A stretch of 60,508 nucleotides of DNA, the filler included, from Dugesia japonica (lineage: Eukaryota), in NCBI GenBank assembly GCA_001938525.1. It is 5 parts of 5 records of this genome, joined end to end, with 100 filler letters (N's around TTAATTAATTAA, not from the genome) between each part and the next. Parts side by side here need not be neighbours in the genome. Positions count along the whole stretch, not along the records: positions 23,443 to 32,474 come from MQRL01595722.1; positions 32,575 to 41,422 come from MQRL01575903.1; 3 more parts are not named here. The stretch is one strand, 5' to 3'. The notes beneath the pieces were generated by a model. That model ran no database searches, was not told the origin of the DNA, and saw only the letters and a list, made by a program, of their open reading frames with translations. Position numbers and translations under genes: made by a program. Position 1 is the stretch's first letter, and every line of letters starts with the position of its first letter. Positions 25,791-38,535 of this stretch are shown piece after piece.

Positions 25791-26639
25791 CTGGTATTTA
25801 ATCTAAAGCTAAAATTAATGAAATGAAAGGTAAAATTTAGGAATTAAGGATAAAATTAACGAATGAGAAGTAAATTTAATAAATGAGATGTTAATTTAAT
25901 ATTTGAATTAGTAAACTGAATAAAATGAGTTCATAAAAAATAAATTGAAAATGTGTTTTAAATCTTTTGAGATGTAATTATTTCTTTGTATGAACAATAT
26001 TTAAATTTAACTTTAACTATTGAAACTTAATAAAAAAAATTAAATAAAAAAATGAAAAAATTTGTAGTGGAACTATATGTTTTTCATTGGAATCCGGGTG
26101 AACAACCCAAACTTTTAAATGTTTTAGAAAATGTTTTATCGAGATTTTTACATCAATCGACACAAATTTCCTTCGGCATCATTTCTAGCCAGTAAAAAAA
26201 TTTCGAATGTCTTTTATTCTCAAATTTGATCATCAACCAGTCTATTAGATAGAGAATTTTACGCTGATCATGACTGACCTAGTGAAAAAAATCGGCAAAC
26301 CCTGTTGGAAGCTGAATAAAGTAGGATAAATTATAATTTTTTGATAATTTTTGAAGATTTTTCCTCTTAAATCGTATTGAAACATTCATCATTTAATAGA
26401 GAATATCTTGCTGAAAATTTATTATTATCACTTGAAATTATCAAACTTTATTTTGACCAAGAAAAATCGAAAAAACATGTTCAAAAATCCCGAGGATACT
26501 TTACCGATACAAGTAAAAAACTAATTTTTATAATTTTATCCAAATTTAATGATTCAGGTATTATTCAATGCAGAATGTCTTACGGAACAAGAATATAAAT
26601 GTTAAAAGTTGACAAAAAATATTATTTTGAAAAACGTTA

Positions 26640-27032
26640 AAGTTTTTTAATTCTCAATAATTACTTAAAGACACAAGCGTATCAATGATATAAACAACCA
26701 AAACAAATAATTATTGTATAAATGAATTCATTTACGGGATATTACTTTTCTACTGGTGATAAAGAAAATATAATTGAAACTGGTAGATTCACAATATTTT
26801 GGTTTTATAAAAAATTATTGAAAATATGGTGTTTACATGCGAATCAAACTGATTGGTAAAAACCAATATGTAGTTCTCTTACATCTGACAACATGTTGTT
26901 GAAATGCAATACGTTTGAAACCATGTAAACCATCGGCAGTAGCAAGAAATATTCGATTAATGAGAGACGTAAATAAGAAAGACATGAAAAATCAAAATCA
27001 GCATTGAAGCATCAAGCAAAGTTTGTTAACTA
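26640..27032 (+). mobile_element. Possible MULE (SWIM-finger) transposase C-terminal remnant
   Basis: Degenerate FTCESTDW*KPIC (SWIM-like) and a basic tail RRK*ERHEKSKSALKHQ. Confidence 0.3.
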
Positions 27033-28366
27033 AAATTTATTTATAAATCTTTTATTTATGCTTTAACTTTATTTTAATTAATTTTTTTTGAAGAATAATT
27101 AAATTTACTTAACAATTTAAAATTAATTTACTGTCTTATCTTAATTTATATTAATTAATTAATTAATTAATATCTATTGTTTATTTTTTAAATTTACCTG
27201 CCATTATTATTTTTTTACCTATCATTTATATATTTCTATCCTTCGATAATATATATTCCGTTTTAGAAGTAACTACTCTTAGAAAATAAAAAGTAGCAGA
27301 TTGCGTCCTCATTAAATTAGAAACAAGAAAAAAGCCACAACAGATTTGAAGGTCCTTATTGAAAAATTGAGGATATTTAAAATAGTCAGTACGTTATACA
27401 AGTAGAAAGTGGAAAGCGACTGACGAGAATTGTGGGAAACTTTGAAAATTTCTTATGAAGGGAAATTTAAGGAAATGATTAATTTTAAAAACTTTTAATC
27501 AATAGTGTGAGTATGTTTTGAAAAGCGAGTTGAAATTTTTGTGTGATTGGTGATTATTTTTCTTAAAATCTTTTATTCAAAAAAAACTTTTTCATCATAG
27601 ACGAAAAATTTAAATTTTAATAATAAATTGAAATTTGGAATGAACAAATATTTGTTTTTAAATTTTAATAATAAAGTAAAATTTTTAAATAGCCTTAAAT
27701 AAATTTTAAATAATTTGAAAAGTGATCCTCAATTAAAACATGAGATTTTAATTTGTTTGAATAAATAAATAGTGTTAGTGATCATTTTTGTTTGTGAATA
27801 AATTTTCTATGGAATCGAGTTTTGAAATTAATGATTCGATGAGTACTTCAAACTCATCTAACAAATAGAAATTGATAAAAATAATAATTATTATTAGATA
27901 TTATTTTATTAGATATTTTTTTGATAATAGAAATGTCTCCAATTATTACTCCTGACATTCAAAATAAATTATCTAACATGTAAAATTAATTTAATCAAAT
28001 ATTTAAAAATGCCGCACAAATTAATTAATTATTAGTAATTATAATTAAGTGTAATTTTTGAAAAAATATATTGTTAATCATAACATTGCATGAGCCTCTA
28101 AATCCTTGATTTTTACTGTTGTGTTTATTTATTATATTTNNNNNNNNNNNNNNNNNNNNNNNNNNNNNNNNNNNNNNNNNNNNNNNNNNNNNNNNNTTTA
28201 GTGGTCAAAATAAAACATAAGACTGTAGAAATTATAATAATTACATTAAGAGTTCCTAAACTGAGAATTTTACAATATTGGTCACCTATATAAGTAACAA
28301 ATCAAAAGTTTGAAAAAAAATCCATTAACTTGTGTTAACAATCAGTTGTAACACTAAACTATAAAC

Positions 28367-28896
28367 CAGTGGATCTTAACCAGTGCACCACGGTTCACTT
28401 GATGAACTGTGAGAAGGTTGCAAGTGCACCGCGGAAATGTGATAAAATACTAAAAAATTCGCAAAAAATTTGAAAATCTAAAAATGCAGCACGAAATTAT
28501 GATAGCCGACAAATCAATTTAATATAATCGATCACCGATGTTGTCTCACGTCAAATGGAGTTCCCACCCCTTCCATAATAATTTTCCCAGATCTCGCTGT
28601 AGTTTTCCTTTAAATTCAGCGGGTAAAGTGTCAATTCATTATGGTATTTGCATCATGACATCATGAAACATCAAGGTGCGCATCAAATAGTGCTGGACTA
28701 AACCATTACAAATAATGAAAACACAGAATCCTAGATAAATAAGCCTACACATTAGATTAAGATTCGAATCCATCACAATCAAGGTCAAGATTGAACGTAT
28801 ATTTTTCTTTGTTTTTTACCCGTTTGATTTTAGTGAACCACTATTATCCTTATGATAAAAAGTGCACCATGACTTCGAATAAGTTAAAAACCATTG
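28367..28896. mobile_element. hAT-type MITE
   Basis: TIRs cagtggatcttaac / gttaaaaaccattg. Perfect 8-bp TSD ctataaac. Confidence 0.85.
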
Positions 28897-29056
28897 CTAT
28901 AAACTATAAAATCGATGTCTAATNTAACAGTTGTAATAAGATATAGTTCATAAATTAAAAGCTTTAATAAAATGTTGTTTCTTTAATATATCTTTATAGT
29001 TGTTACTAATTCGTATTTTCGATTTTTGTCTTATTCAGACAATGAAATTAAAAAAT

Positions 29057-29092
29057 AATTTCTGAAGAAGACAAAAGTTGAAAATTCGAATT
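29057..29092 (+). ncRNA. Minimal type-I hammerhead ribozyme motif (CUGAAGA family)
   Basis: aattt-CTGAAGA-a-gac-aaaa-gtt-GAAA-at-TC-gaatt: stem I aattt/gaatt, complete core, stem II and a UC cleavage dinucleotide. Confidence 0.7.
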
Positions 29093-29445
29093 ACTAACAA
29101 CAACTAAAATAAATATTGAAAAACAACATTTTCACATTAGCTTTTTTAATAAAATCTCAAATACAGTCAATGATTAAGTCCAACAATAATTTTCACATTA
29201 ATTGTATTGGTAAAAGATATAATTAATACATAAATAAAAAACTTGTATAATAATAGACCAATATTTTGATTTTGATATATAAGGAACAACTGAATTACAC
29301 AGTTTTCAAAAGTTTTCAATGTCTTATTATATATTTATTTTTCTAAATTTTTTAGTGATACCTTGGTGGCTGTAAGAATGTTCTTTGCAGCTTACAATAT
29401 TAATTGAATAAATGAATANTTATTAAATAAGGTTTAACCTTTATA

Positions 29446-29783
29446 TCATTTTTCATTAGAAATAGTATAATCTTGCACATAAATATTGTTTGAAATGGGA
29501 GGTTCATCAGTCAAATCCAATAAATAATTAAAAATTTTATTTCTTGACTTTAATTTTTTTGTAATATATATAGGTTCATAGAATTTTGCTTGAATTGATC
29601 TTGGCAGAAATGTTTCAGTTTCTGATAAGAATGTTATCTAAAATTAAAAAAGTAAAACTTTTTTTTAAATAATAATTTTTAGTACTTGTAAAATTTTCAT
29701 TGAAATTTTAGCGTCCGTCATCATTCGATCGATATCACCAACAGCAATACCAACCTTGGAGGATAAGAGAATTAATTTGTTAT
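29446..29783 (-). CDS. Last two exons of an unidentified gene (29783-29686, 29637-29446)
   Basis: A GT-AG 48-nt intron joins NKLILLSSKVGIAVGDIDRMMTDAKISMKILQ to ITFLSETETFLPRSIQAKFYEP...SNEK* in frame. Confidence 0.55.
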
Positions 29784-30122
29784 CTAAAATATTGAAAGTT
29801 ATAGAAAGAGATGAGTCGAGAACAAGGGGAATTGAGTCGCAATAACTGAATCACAATCGCGACCGTTGTCATGGCAACAAGCGCGGAAATGGTTTTATTA
29901 ATTTATTGATTTTACACGGTAACTAAGAGCGATATAATATTGATTTTTCCACAATAACATGTAACTATGGTTTCCGTATCTATGGCAACTGTTGTCATGA
30001 CAACGAAAATTTTAAAATATTTTTTCGAATTTTTTCTGAAAAAATTAAAAAATTATTTGAAATTTTTGAAAATTTTAAAATCTAAAAAATGTAGAAAACT
30101 ACGTATAATTTAATGATATTTT

Positions 30123-30811
30123 TTATAAATTTTTAATTTGAATAATAGTGACGATATCTCGATGTAAATCGCATCCTTTCACCGATTGTAATGCATCCAA
30201 TACTAGTTGAAGATTAAATATTTTTTGCTGTTGAACTGTTTCCATCGGATCGTANGGTTTTTCTGCATTACATTTCTTCACCATATTTTCTATTGTACTA
30301 ACTAGTGGAGTCGACATTCTAAGTTTTAGCGCAACGGCCAACCCTTCGACTATTTTTCATACGTTTGATATGGTACCCATGCGATAAGGAAATTGAGATT
30401 CTCTTCGTTTTTTTCTTTTTTGTGACAACGTTTCTAGCAATTGAACCTGTAAAAATAATATTTAAATTTATTATCATTATTTTATTTTACTTGATTCGAA
30501 GCATGAATTCCTCTTTCAATATCTTTTTCTAATAAATATCTATTTTCTAATATTTCCCAGTCACTTAATCTTTCGAATTTCTTTCGATAGTATTTATGTT
30601 CTGGAATCACTTTTATAATTTTTTCAGAAACTAAATATCTACAATCACGTATATATTTATCCATAGTGTTGGCGAGAATTGAGTTAAGTTGGAATGGATA
30701 CTCACTGGTCATTTGTGTTCCTCGTTGATGTTGTTGTTGGTTGCATAATTTTAAGATATTTTCTCTTTCCTTCTCCACTATTATATTTTCAAAATCATCC
30801 ATTTTCATCAT
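30123..30811 (-). pseudogene. Two-exon orphan gene with one in-frame stop, probably element cargo
   Basis: A 44-nt GT-AG intron (30490-30447) joins ORFs 30482..30970 and 30123..30341 in frame. A single TGA lies in exon 2. Confidence 0.5.
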
Positions 30812-30847
30812 TGTTGTAAAATTATGAAAAAATGAATTATAACTTTT

Positions 30848-30883
<36 letters not shown>

Positions 30884-31213
30884 GNNNNNNNNNNNNNNNN
30901 NNNNNNNNNNNNNNNNNNNNNNNNNNNNNNNNNNNNNNNNNNNNNNTTGCTTATGTCTTGTATATATCATGTATATGTATTACATGACTTAATTATTAAC
31001 ATATAAATTCTATAAATTTAGCCCAATGTTTTATTTAAAACTATCAAATTTTAATTAAATAATTTCAAACAGTCAGAGTAAAACAAAACAGTTTATTCAA
31101 TTTTTTTAGATAATTCTATTAAATTTAATTAAATATTGGCTAATATAAAATATTCTTAAAAACCATTATACGAATAATAACTGTTAATCTTAAAATTTGA
31201 AATAACAGCTTAC

Positions 31214-31909
31214 CGATAATAAATACTAACATTTTTTAATTCTAATAACGCTTCTTTAAAGAGGAATTTATTTTCATTTTTAGTCATTTCTAAATACTCA
31301 TCAATAATACTATCATCTTGATAATATTCTTTTGCTGAAACAAAGGAATCTTTGGAACTAGAATTTGAATCATCTGAACCAACATAACTGCTTGAAGTTA
31401 TTATTAATTTTTGCTTAAAATTTTCNNNNNNNNNNNNNNNNNNNNNNNNNNNNNNNNNNNNNNNNNNNNNNNNNNNNNNNNNNNNNNNNNNNNNNNNNNN
31501 NNNNNNNNNNNNNTTTATCTAACTTAAATATAGAATATTGTAAATTTCCAATTACATCATCTAGACCTTTTAGACAAAGTCTACCATAATTCAATTCGTC
31601 TGTCAAATCTTCAGTTAAATGTTGTTCTAATTCCTTAAGGGCTGAATTTTTGGAACTAATAGATACTGTTTTTTCCGATCTTCCAATACCGATGCTTGTA
31701 AAAGTTTTATCTTTATTCACCGCATAATGATTAAAATTAGAATTTAAGTCTGGAAGAAAATCTTTGTCCTGGGTATCATGATATGAAGATTGAGCTTTTA
31801 TACTTCTATTTCTTCGATAAATAAAAATCACAATTGGAGTAACACCAATATCTCCAATAATTACTAATTTAAATTGATTATTTGAAATTGGTATTAAAAA
31901 ATAATTCAA
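31214..31909 (-). CDS. Miga: Mitoguardin (MIGA/FAM73)-like N-terminal exon
   Basis: Hydrophobic N-terminal anchor followed by YRRNR. FFAT-like SSKDSFVSAKE. FKEALLELKNVSIYYR followed by the donor gtaagc. The frame changes across the N gap, and no ATG was found. Confidence 0.6.
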
Positions 31910-32034
31910 AAAATTATATTAGAAATTCGAAATTTTAAGTTCCAAAGAAAAATTAATGTCCTAAAATAACTTATAAACTAATTTAATGCATTCATTATTT
32001 AACAAAAAAGGTTAATACATTTAATTTATTACAT

Positions 32035-32421
32035 TTAATACATAACTTTTAATAATATTTACATCATCATAAAAATCTAAAGTTTTCAAACCCGTTATTA
32101 CTATATTTCCAGAATGAAAAACGTTGACACAAAGGATTGAATGGTATTAATCGAAGACCTGGAAATATTTTTAATTCACATATGCAATTTGATGTTTCAG
32201 TCAATTTCGGTAAATTTATTGACAACTGTAAGGAATCGGTCACCGTCACCGATTGTATTTGTTTGGCAATTATATTGAATAGAAATTCTTTGTTTTTTAA
32301 TGATTTTATACAACCCATAAGTCTACATTTTCCATTTGGAAATATAATTATTGTAAAATCGGAATACTTTAATACACATTGTTTTGCTTTATACCTAAAT
32401 TGAAGACTATTCAAAAACAAG
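32035..32421 (-). pseudogene. Divergent TATA-binding-protein-like fragment between inverted repeats
   Basis: Two TBP repeats: IIIFPNGKCRLMG and ELKIFPGLRL...C(V)NVFHSGNIVITGLK (one frameshift). 26-bp perfect IRs at 32009-32034 and 32422-32447. Confidence 0.65.
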
Positions 32422-32474
32422 ATGTAATAAATTAAATGTATTAACCTATTTAGTTATGTCTTGTTTTATAATTA

Positions 32475-32574
32475 NNNNNNNNNNNNNNNNNNNNNNNNNN
32501 NNNNNNNNNNNNNNNNNNTTAATTAATTAANNNNNNNNNNNNNNNNNNNNNNNNNNNNNNNNNNNNNNNNNNNN
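32475..32574. other. Artificial contig linker
   Basis: 44N-TTAATTAATTAA-44N. Confidence 0.95.
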
Positions 32575-32868
32575 AATAATGTGAAATTATTAGTAATAAA
32601 TTTGGTCTTAGTTTCATTGATCTTTTAGAAAAACTTTATTCAATTTTTTTATGTTGCGAGCATATTTATGTAACATTATAAAATTGTGATAGTAATTTTT
32701 AATAATAATTTACATAATGTATCTAATCTACTTAATTGAAAAAGGTTCATGTTAAAATATATTATTTATATATTAAAACAAATCTGTGTACTCAACATTA
32801 AACAAAACATAATTTAGATTGGTAATACTTTTTTAATTACAAAATATTTTAATTTTTTATAATTATAG

Positions 32869-35800
32869 TTTGCTGCAAAATTTTTAACAAAAATATGGAT
32901 GGAAAATTCACTCGAAACGATATTGAATATATTTTTCAAATTTGTGACGAAACGAAATTTAACGAAATGGTAAAATATTTCAAATTGTATTTTTGTATTG
33001 TTTTAACTATAATTTTGTCTTTTATACAAAATGNNNNNNNNNNNNNNNNNNNNNNNNNNNNNNNNNNNNNNNNNNNNNNNNNNNNNNNNNNNNNNNNNNN
33101 NNNNNNNNNNNNNNNNNNNNNNNNNNNNNNNNNNNNNNNNNNNNNNNNNNNNNNNNNNNNNNNNNNNNNNNNNNNNNNNNNNNNNNNNNNNNNNTTATTG
33201 TTATTGTTATTAGAAGGATCTAGAAGATATCTTAGAAGAAATCTTAGTGAATTTTTAAAATATTAATTAAAATGTATAAAAAAATTTAAAATTGTATTTA
33301 GTTTTTTTGAAAACGTTATCGTCTTAATAATCAGAAATTTTGTGTGTTTAACAATCTCAATATTGAATATTTACATTGTATATTTAACTATTAACATGTG
33401 TTCCGTGAATTGGTTATTTTGGATACATTAGAAGTCAAGTGTGTTAATTTCTTTATTGTATTCAAAATTATGTAACATAATTTTTTATTTGTAATTATTA
33501 TGTGAACAAAGTAGATGAAGATAAGGACCAGAATCTTGGTTATGCCATAAAACTGTCATACAAGGATAGATTGTCTAATAAAGGAAAAGTATAATGCTGT
33601 ATTTGTCAAAAAAGCTGATGTATTGTAAAGATCAAAGAGCGGCAAAATCTTTTGGTTGTAGTAAAGAAGGTTATATAAGACGATTTTAATACAACAGAAA
33701 TAGAACTGATGAATAATATACAAAGTTGAACCATAGAAATATGAAAGAAAATAAACGACCATTAGAAAATAGGTACAATTGGCTAACGTAATCGAGGAAG
33801 TAGAAAAAAGAGTGTCAGTTAGAGAAACAGATGAAGTCAATTTTAGTAAGTCTTACCCAAAAAATTGGGCTTCATCAGTAGAGTATTTGGTTGGAGACAA
33901 TTACTATAAAACGATTTAGTCCGATATCCTNGGGGAACAAAAAATTGGAAAATGTGGTTAGAATAAGCGAGAAAGTATGCAGGTTCTTAAAATAAGAATT
34001 TTGAAAAGGAGAAAGAAAGAATTGGAATAGCAATTGAATAACAAGCTACAACGAAGGCCGAGTGTGACAGTAGTGATAAATGGGATAATGTTTTATAGTC
34101 AGGTACATAAATCAGTGTAATAAGTGTAAAATGTTTTAACAAGTTTCAAGGACAGCGTTTGATAAGTAATGACGTTAAATTATTGTTATTATTATGAATA
34201 TTATTATGAATATTATTAATAATGATGATAGTAATGATGATAATAATAATATTAATAATAATAAATATATAAATATGGAAAAAATAAATATTCTGTTTTT
34301 TTTAGTTTATGAATGCTTTTTATTTTAAACTGCTAATAAAATAATATCTTTTCTAAGATTTATCGATGATTATTTAGCCATTAAACATTTATATTTACAA
34401 TAATTGCGTCTAATATCAAATCGATTTAGACAAATCNNNNNNNNNNNNNNNNNNNNNNNNNNNNNNNNNNNNNNNNNNNNNNNNNNNNNNNNNNNNNNNN
34501 NNNNNNNNNNNNNNNNNNNNNNNNNNNNNNNNNNNNNNNNNNNNNNNNNNNNNNNNNNNNNNNNNNNNNNNNNNNNNNNNNNNNNNNNNNNNNNNNNNNN
34601 NNNNNNNNNNNNNNNNNNNNNNNNNNNNNNNNNNNNNNNNTTGAAAATTTCTCGTTTTTAGAATTTTAAATTCATTTTTATTTTATTTTTCAAATTTGTA
34701 CTTTAATTTTCGAAATATTACTAATCAAGAACAAAATTAGTTAAGAAATTTTTTGTAAAAGTATTTTTTAGATCTTTTTTATCAAAAATATTTTCAATAA
34801 GTAATAAATATATAGGATGCACCACAAAAAATACCGCGAAATTTAATTTACTGCTTATTAAATCATTAAATTACATATTTTAATTATTTCATTTATTTAT
34901 TAATCAATTCTGAAAATATTAATTTTTCAAATTAAAGTCAATACATTATTTAAGAAAGAACTTCCAGCCTGGAGACTGGACAGATGCTGAGAAATTTTCA
35001 AAGGGGTTCTTTGTTGCACCAGTCAACATCCGTAGAATTAACAGGTGCAAAACAAGCGCAAAATTGAATTTGGTGCAACCAGAAAAATTTCCCCCCTCCC
35101 GGACATGCTGTGTAATAACTTTGTGTCACACCAAAAACATCACAAGTACGTTCATAAAGATGTTCCAGTCAACGAGAGATCTGTTGACAGCTAAATTTCT
35201 CAAAAGGAATAATATTTTGCATTCTTAAAAAATCCCGCTTTAAGTGTTTCAGAAGAATAAAGTGCAATATTTTTATTGGTTCACATAAAAAACCACGACA
35301 AGAAATATGTAAGTGTACAATAAACCGTTTCAAAGAACAAAAAAATGGAAGTAGATTTTTTTCGGATGTAGCAATTGTCTATCTTTATCTATCACGTGAT
35401 CATCAAAATTACCGAATTATTATGCTGTAAAAGCCAAGACAGACATTCCTGACGATGATTTATTAATGGAAATTGATAAACAGCAGTCTCCAATCATGTG
35501 TTATGGCGCTCTTTCGTGGTAAGTAGGTAGATAGTAGCGCACATTCAGTACCTCTCCAAGATTAGTGATGTAATGAAACTTAATCCCTGTGTATTTAATT
35601 GGGAATTTAAAAAATGACATCCAATTAGGTAATATTACGAAATAGGAATAAGTGGCTCTGTATTTTTCCTGTTTTTAAATCATATTATTTTAGTAATTAA
35701 ATAAAAATAAAAAGTGAAAAAAGAGAAATAGATAGTATATACAATGAATTTAAAAAAGATCAGCGGAACAGGATATTTTTATCTCTTTGTGGTCTTAATT

Positions 35801-38480
35801 TAAAAATTATCTAACAAANNNNNNNNNNNNNNNNNNNNNNNNTTTTTTTTGAGATTAACATAATTGTTTTATTCAAATTTATTCTCATAGAAAAATATGT
35901 CCAAGATAAAGTCATTCATTTATTTTACCTATATTCTTGAGTAGAATTTAAAATTTTGTTGGTGTTACACATTTATTATTTCATTGACTACAATCATTTT
36001 TTATTTATTTTTATTATTATAAAACTTTATTGTTATATATTTTGACGGATCAACCGTCATCATCAGACAAAAATGAAAAAAATGAATTTATTCAGTCTGT
36101 ATTATTCAAACAAAGATTAATGCGATTATACTGAATATAAGAATTATAGCCGTCTTATATTCAGTATAATCACATTAATCTTTGTTTGAATAATACAGAC
36201 TCAATAAACTCATTTATTTTATTTTAGTCTGATGATGACGGCTAATCCGTCGAAATACATAACAATCAAGTTTTATTTTAAATGGCATTACTTATTTTTT
36301 ATAAAACATTTGCCATCGTGTTTTGCATATTTATTATTATAATTAAATTTTAAATATCAAATTCTACGTTATAAATTTAGCTTTTATCGTATCAATGAAT
36401 TTCTGATTTAATTATAAAATAAAACATACTTAAGAACGCATTAATCCACATGATTTAAGTTTCTATAAATTTATCCATATGATTAATCACATCTAATTTA
36501 AATTTAAATAAATGTTTTGCTATCAAAATTTAATACCGCCAATCAGTGTCGGAATCATTACCGTATGATTAAGTTGTGATATTATCATTATTCATAATAA
36601 ACCTGTTTTATTATTAATATTATTATTATGATTGACTATTATTTTATTATTATGCATATTTCGAAAGTGTGACTTTTAATGTTTAATTTATTTTATAAAA
36701 ATTTGTTAGATCTTACTATTTCAAAGTTAACTTCTAAATAAAAATTTGAATGTTTGTTTCTTTGTTTAAACTGCTTGTTTTCACTTCCTTAATTGATGCA
36801 GATTGAAGATAATTTAGAAATTGTTTTTTAAAATTGTTATTCTGACAATAAATGAATTAAAATAAAATTTTTCCCATTTATTACATAAATATAAAGATAT
36901 TGGTATTATGTGGAAAACTAGGATTAATGATACATTCGATTTTTATATGATGAAATATTTCTGGTGTATTTTGTCTAATAAAAATTGCAACTTCATTTAT
37001 AAAAAATTATGCGAACAAACAAAGTTACGCTATGATTACATCATATATTATGGAAAAATACTCACATATTTATCCTATGAATTAAGTAATTCAAATATAT
37101 ATGACATAATCACTGTATGAGTTTATATTCATTATATCAGAAGTTTCTAACTCAAATTGTCTCGCGGGCCACTTTAGATGAAATGCGTTATATAGCGGGC
37201 CGCACTCATACTATATCTGACTATAACACCTTGTACTACTTGATACAGCATTATAAAACAGATTATATTATATTGTATTTGTTAAGTAAATCTTGCTAAG
37301 ATAATTTTTTTTCGAATAAATTAATCATTTTTATCAATTGTTTTTACAAATCTCAGCTGGTCGCGTGTTTGATTATATCATTGTTACATAATCAAATTTT
37401 CTAAACAGTATTCTGATGCGTTCATATCTACATACTGTCAGTCAATATCATGTCACTATTATTTATTTCCTTTTTCTACTTATGCAGTAAAAAACATGAA
37501 ATTAACCGGAAATATTAGTAAAATTTTCTATTTTCACTGAACGTTTCAAGTCGGTGTAAATAGTGAAATATAAATTTATGTATATATATTTTGACATTTA
37601 CTAGCATATTAATTTTAATCATTTTAATAAATGTATTACACTAGAAAATATAGTCGGAAATATTGTATTCAACGGATTAAATGTTGATGACCATAGTTAA
37701 TTGAATTCCTCATGTTAGCATGGCATCACCAGGTTTAGAAGAATTAATTGATTGGTTAAGGGAAAATAGATGTTTCTCAATAACATTACTATCGGGTAAA
37801 ATATTGCGTAGAAATTACATGTTATTAACAATTTTTAAAATGTCGGAATTTTAAAATTTAGCGTAGGTTAAACATTAAAATTCTATAGTGACCAACTTAA
37901 ATTAAAATTATCTAATAAAATGCAAACAATTTTGATAAAGTTTCTAATATTCATTAAATCAATCAAAAGGTTAACTCGTAAAGAAGACAAAAGTCGAACA
38001 TTTGAAATACTAACAACTAAAAAATTACAGAACATATAAAAAACATTTTGATTGAAGCTTTTAATTTAGTGAAATCTCAAATGCTATCAATGGTTAAATC
38101 CAACAAATATTTTCACAATAATTGTTATTGTAAAAATCATTATTTGATATTTTTATTTTATTTGCATTAGTCAATTGTCATTTTATTTTGTTTTTATTAA
38201 TTTAAGTTTTTCTACTTTTGAAAAATACGCATAATTTTGTGGATCAATATATTTATTATAAATTTTTCATTGATATACATAAAAATAATTTAATAAATTT
38301 ACTATGAACTAATTATGGGAGTAATAATTTTTGGAAAGAAATCAGTTGGCACGTGTTTCTAATATTTTCTTCTAATTAGACAGATTTAAGCATTAGAAAA
38401 AGATGTGTAAATTTTTTCCGTGATTTTTTACAAAGAAAATAGGATATTTTTGTGAATAAGGTTTTAATTAATTAATTAGT

Positions 38481-38535
<55 letters not shown>

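Noticed and set aside
33480-34150. Gypsy gag/protease-like remnant
   Set aside because: Purine-rich with a RRPSVTVVING trace only; no diagnostic motif.
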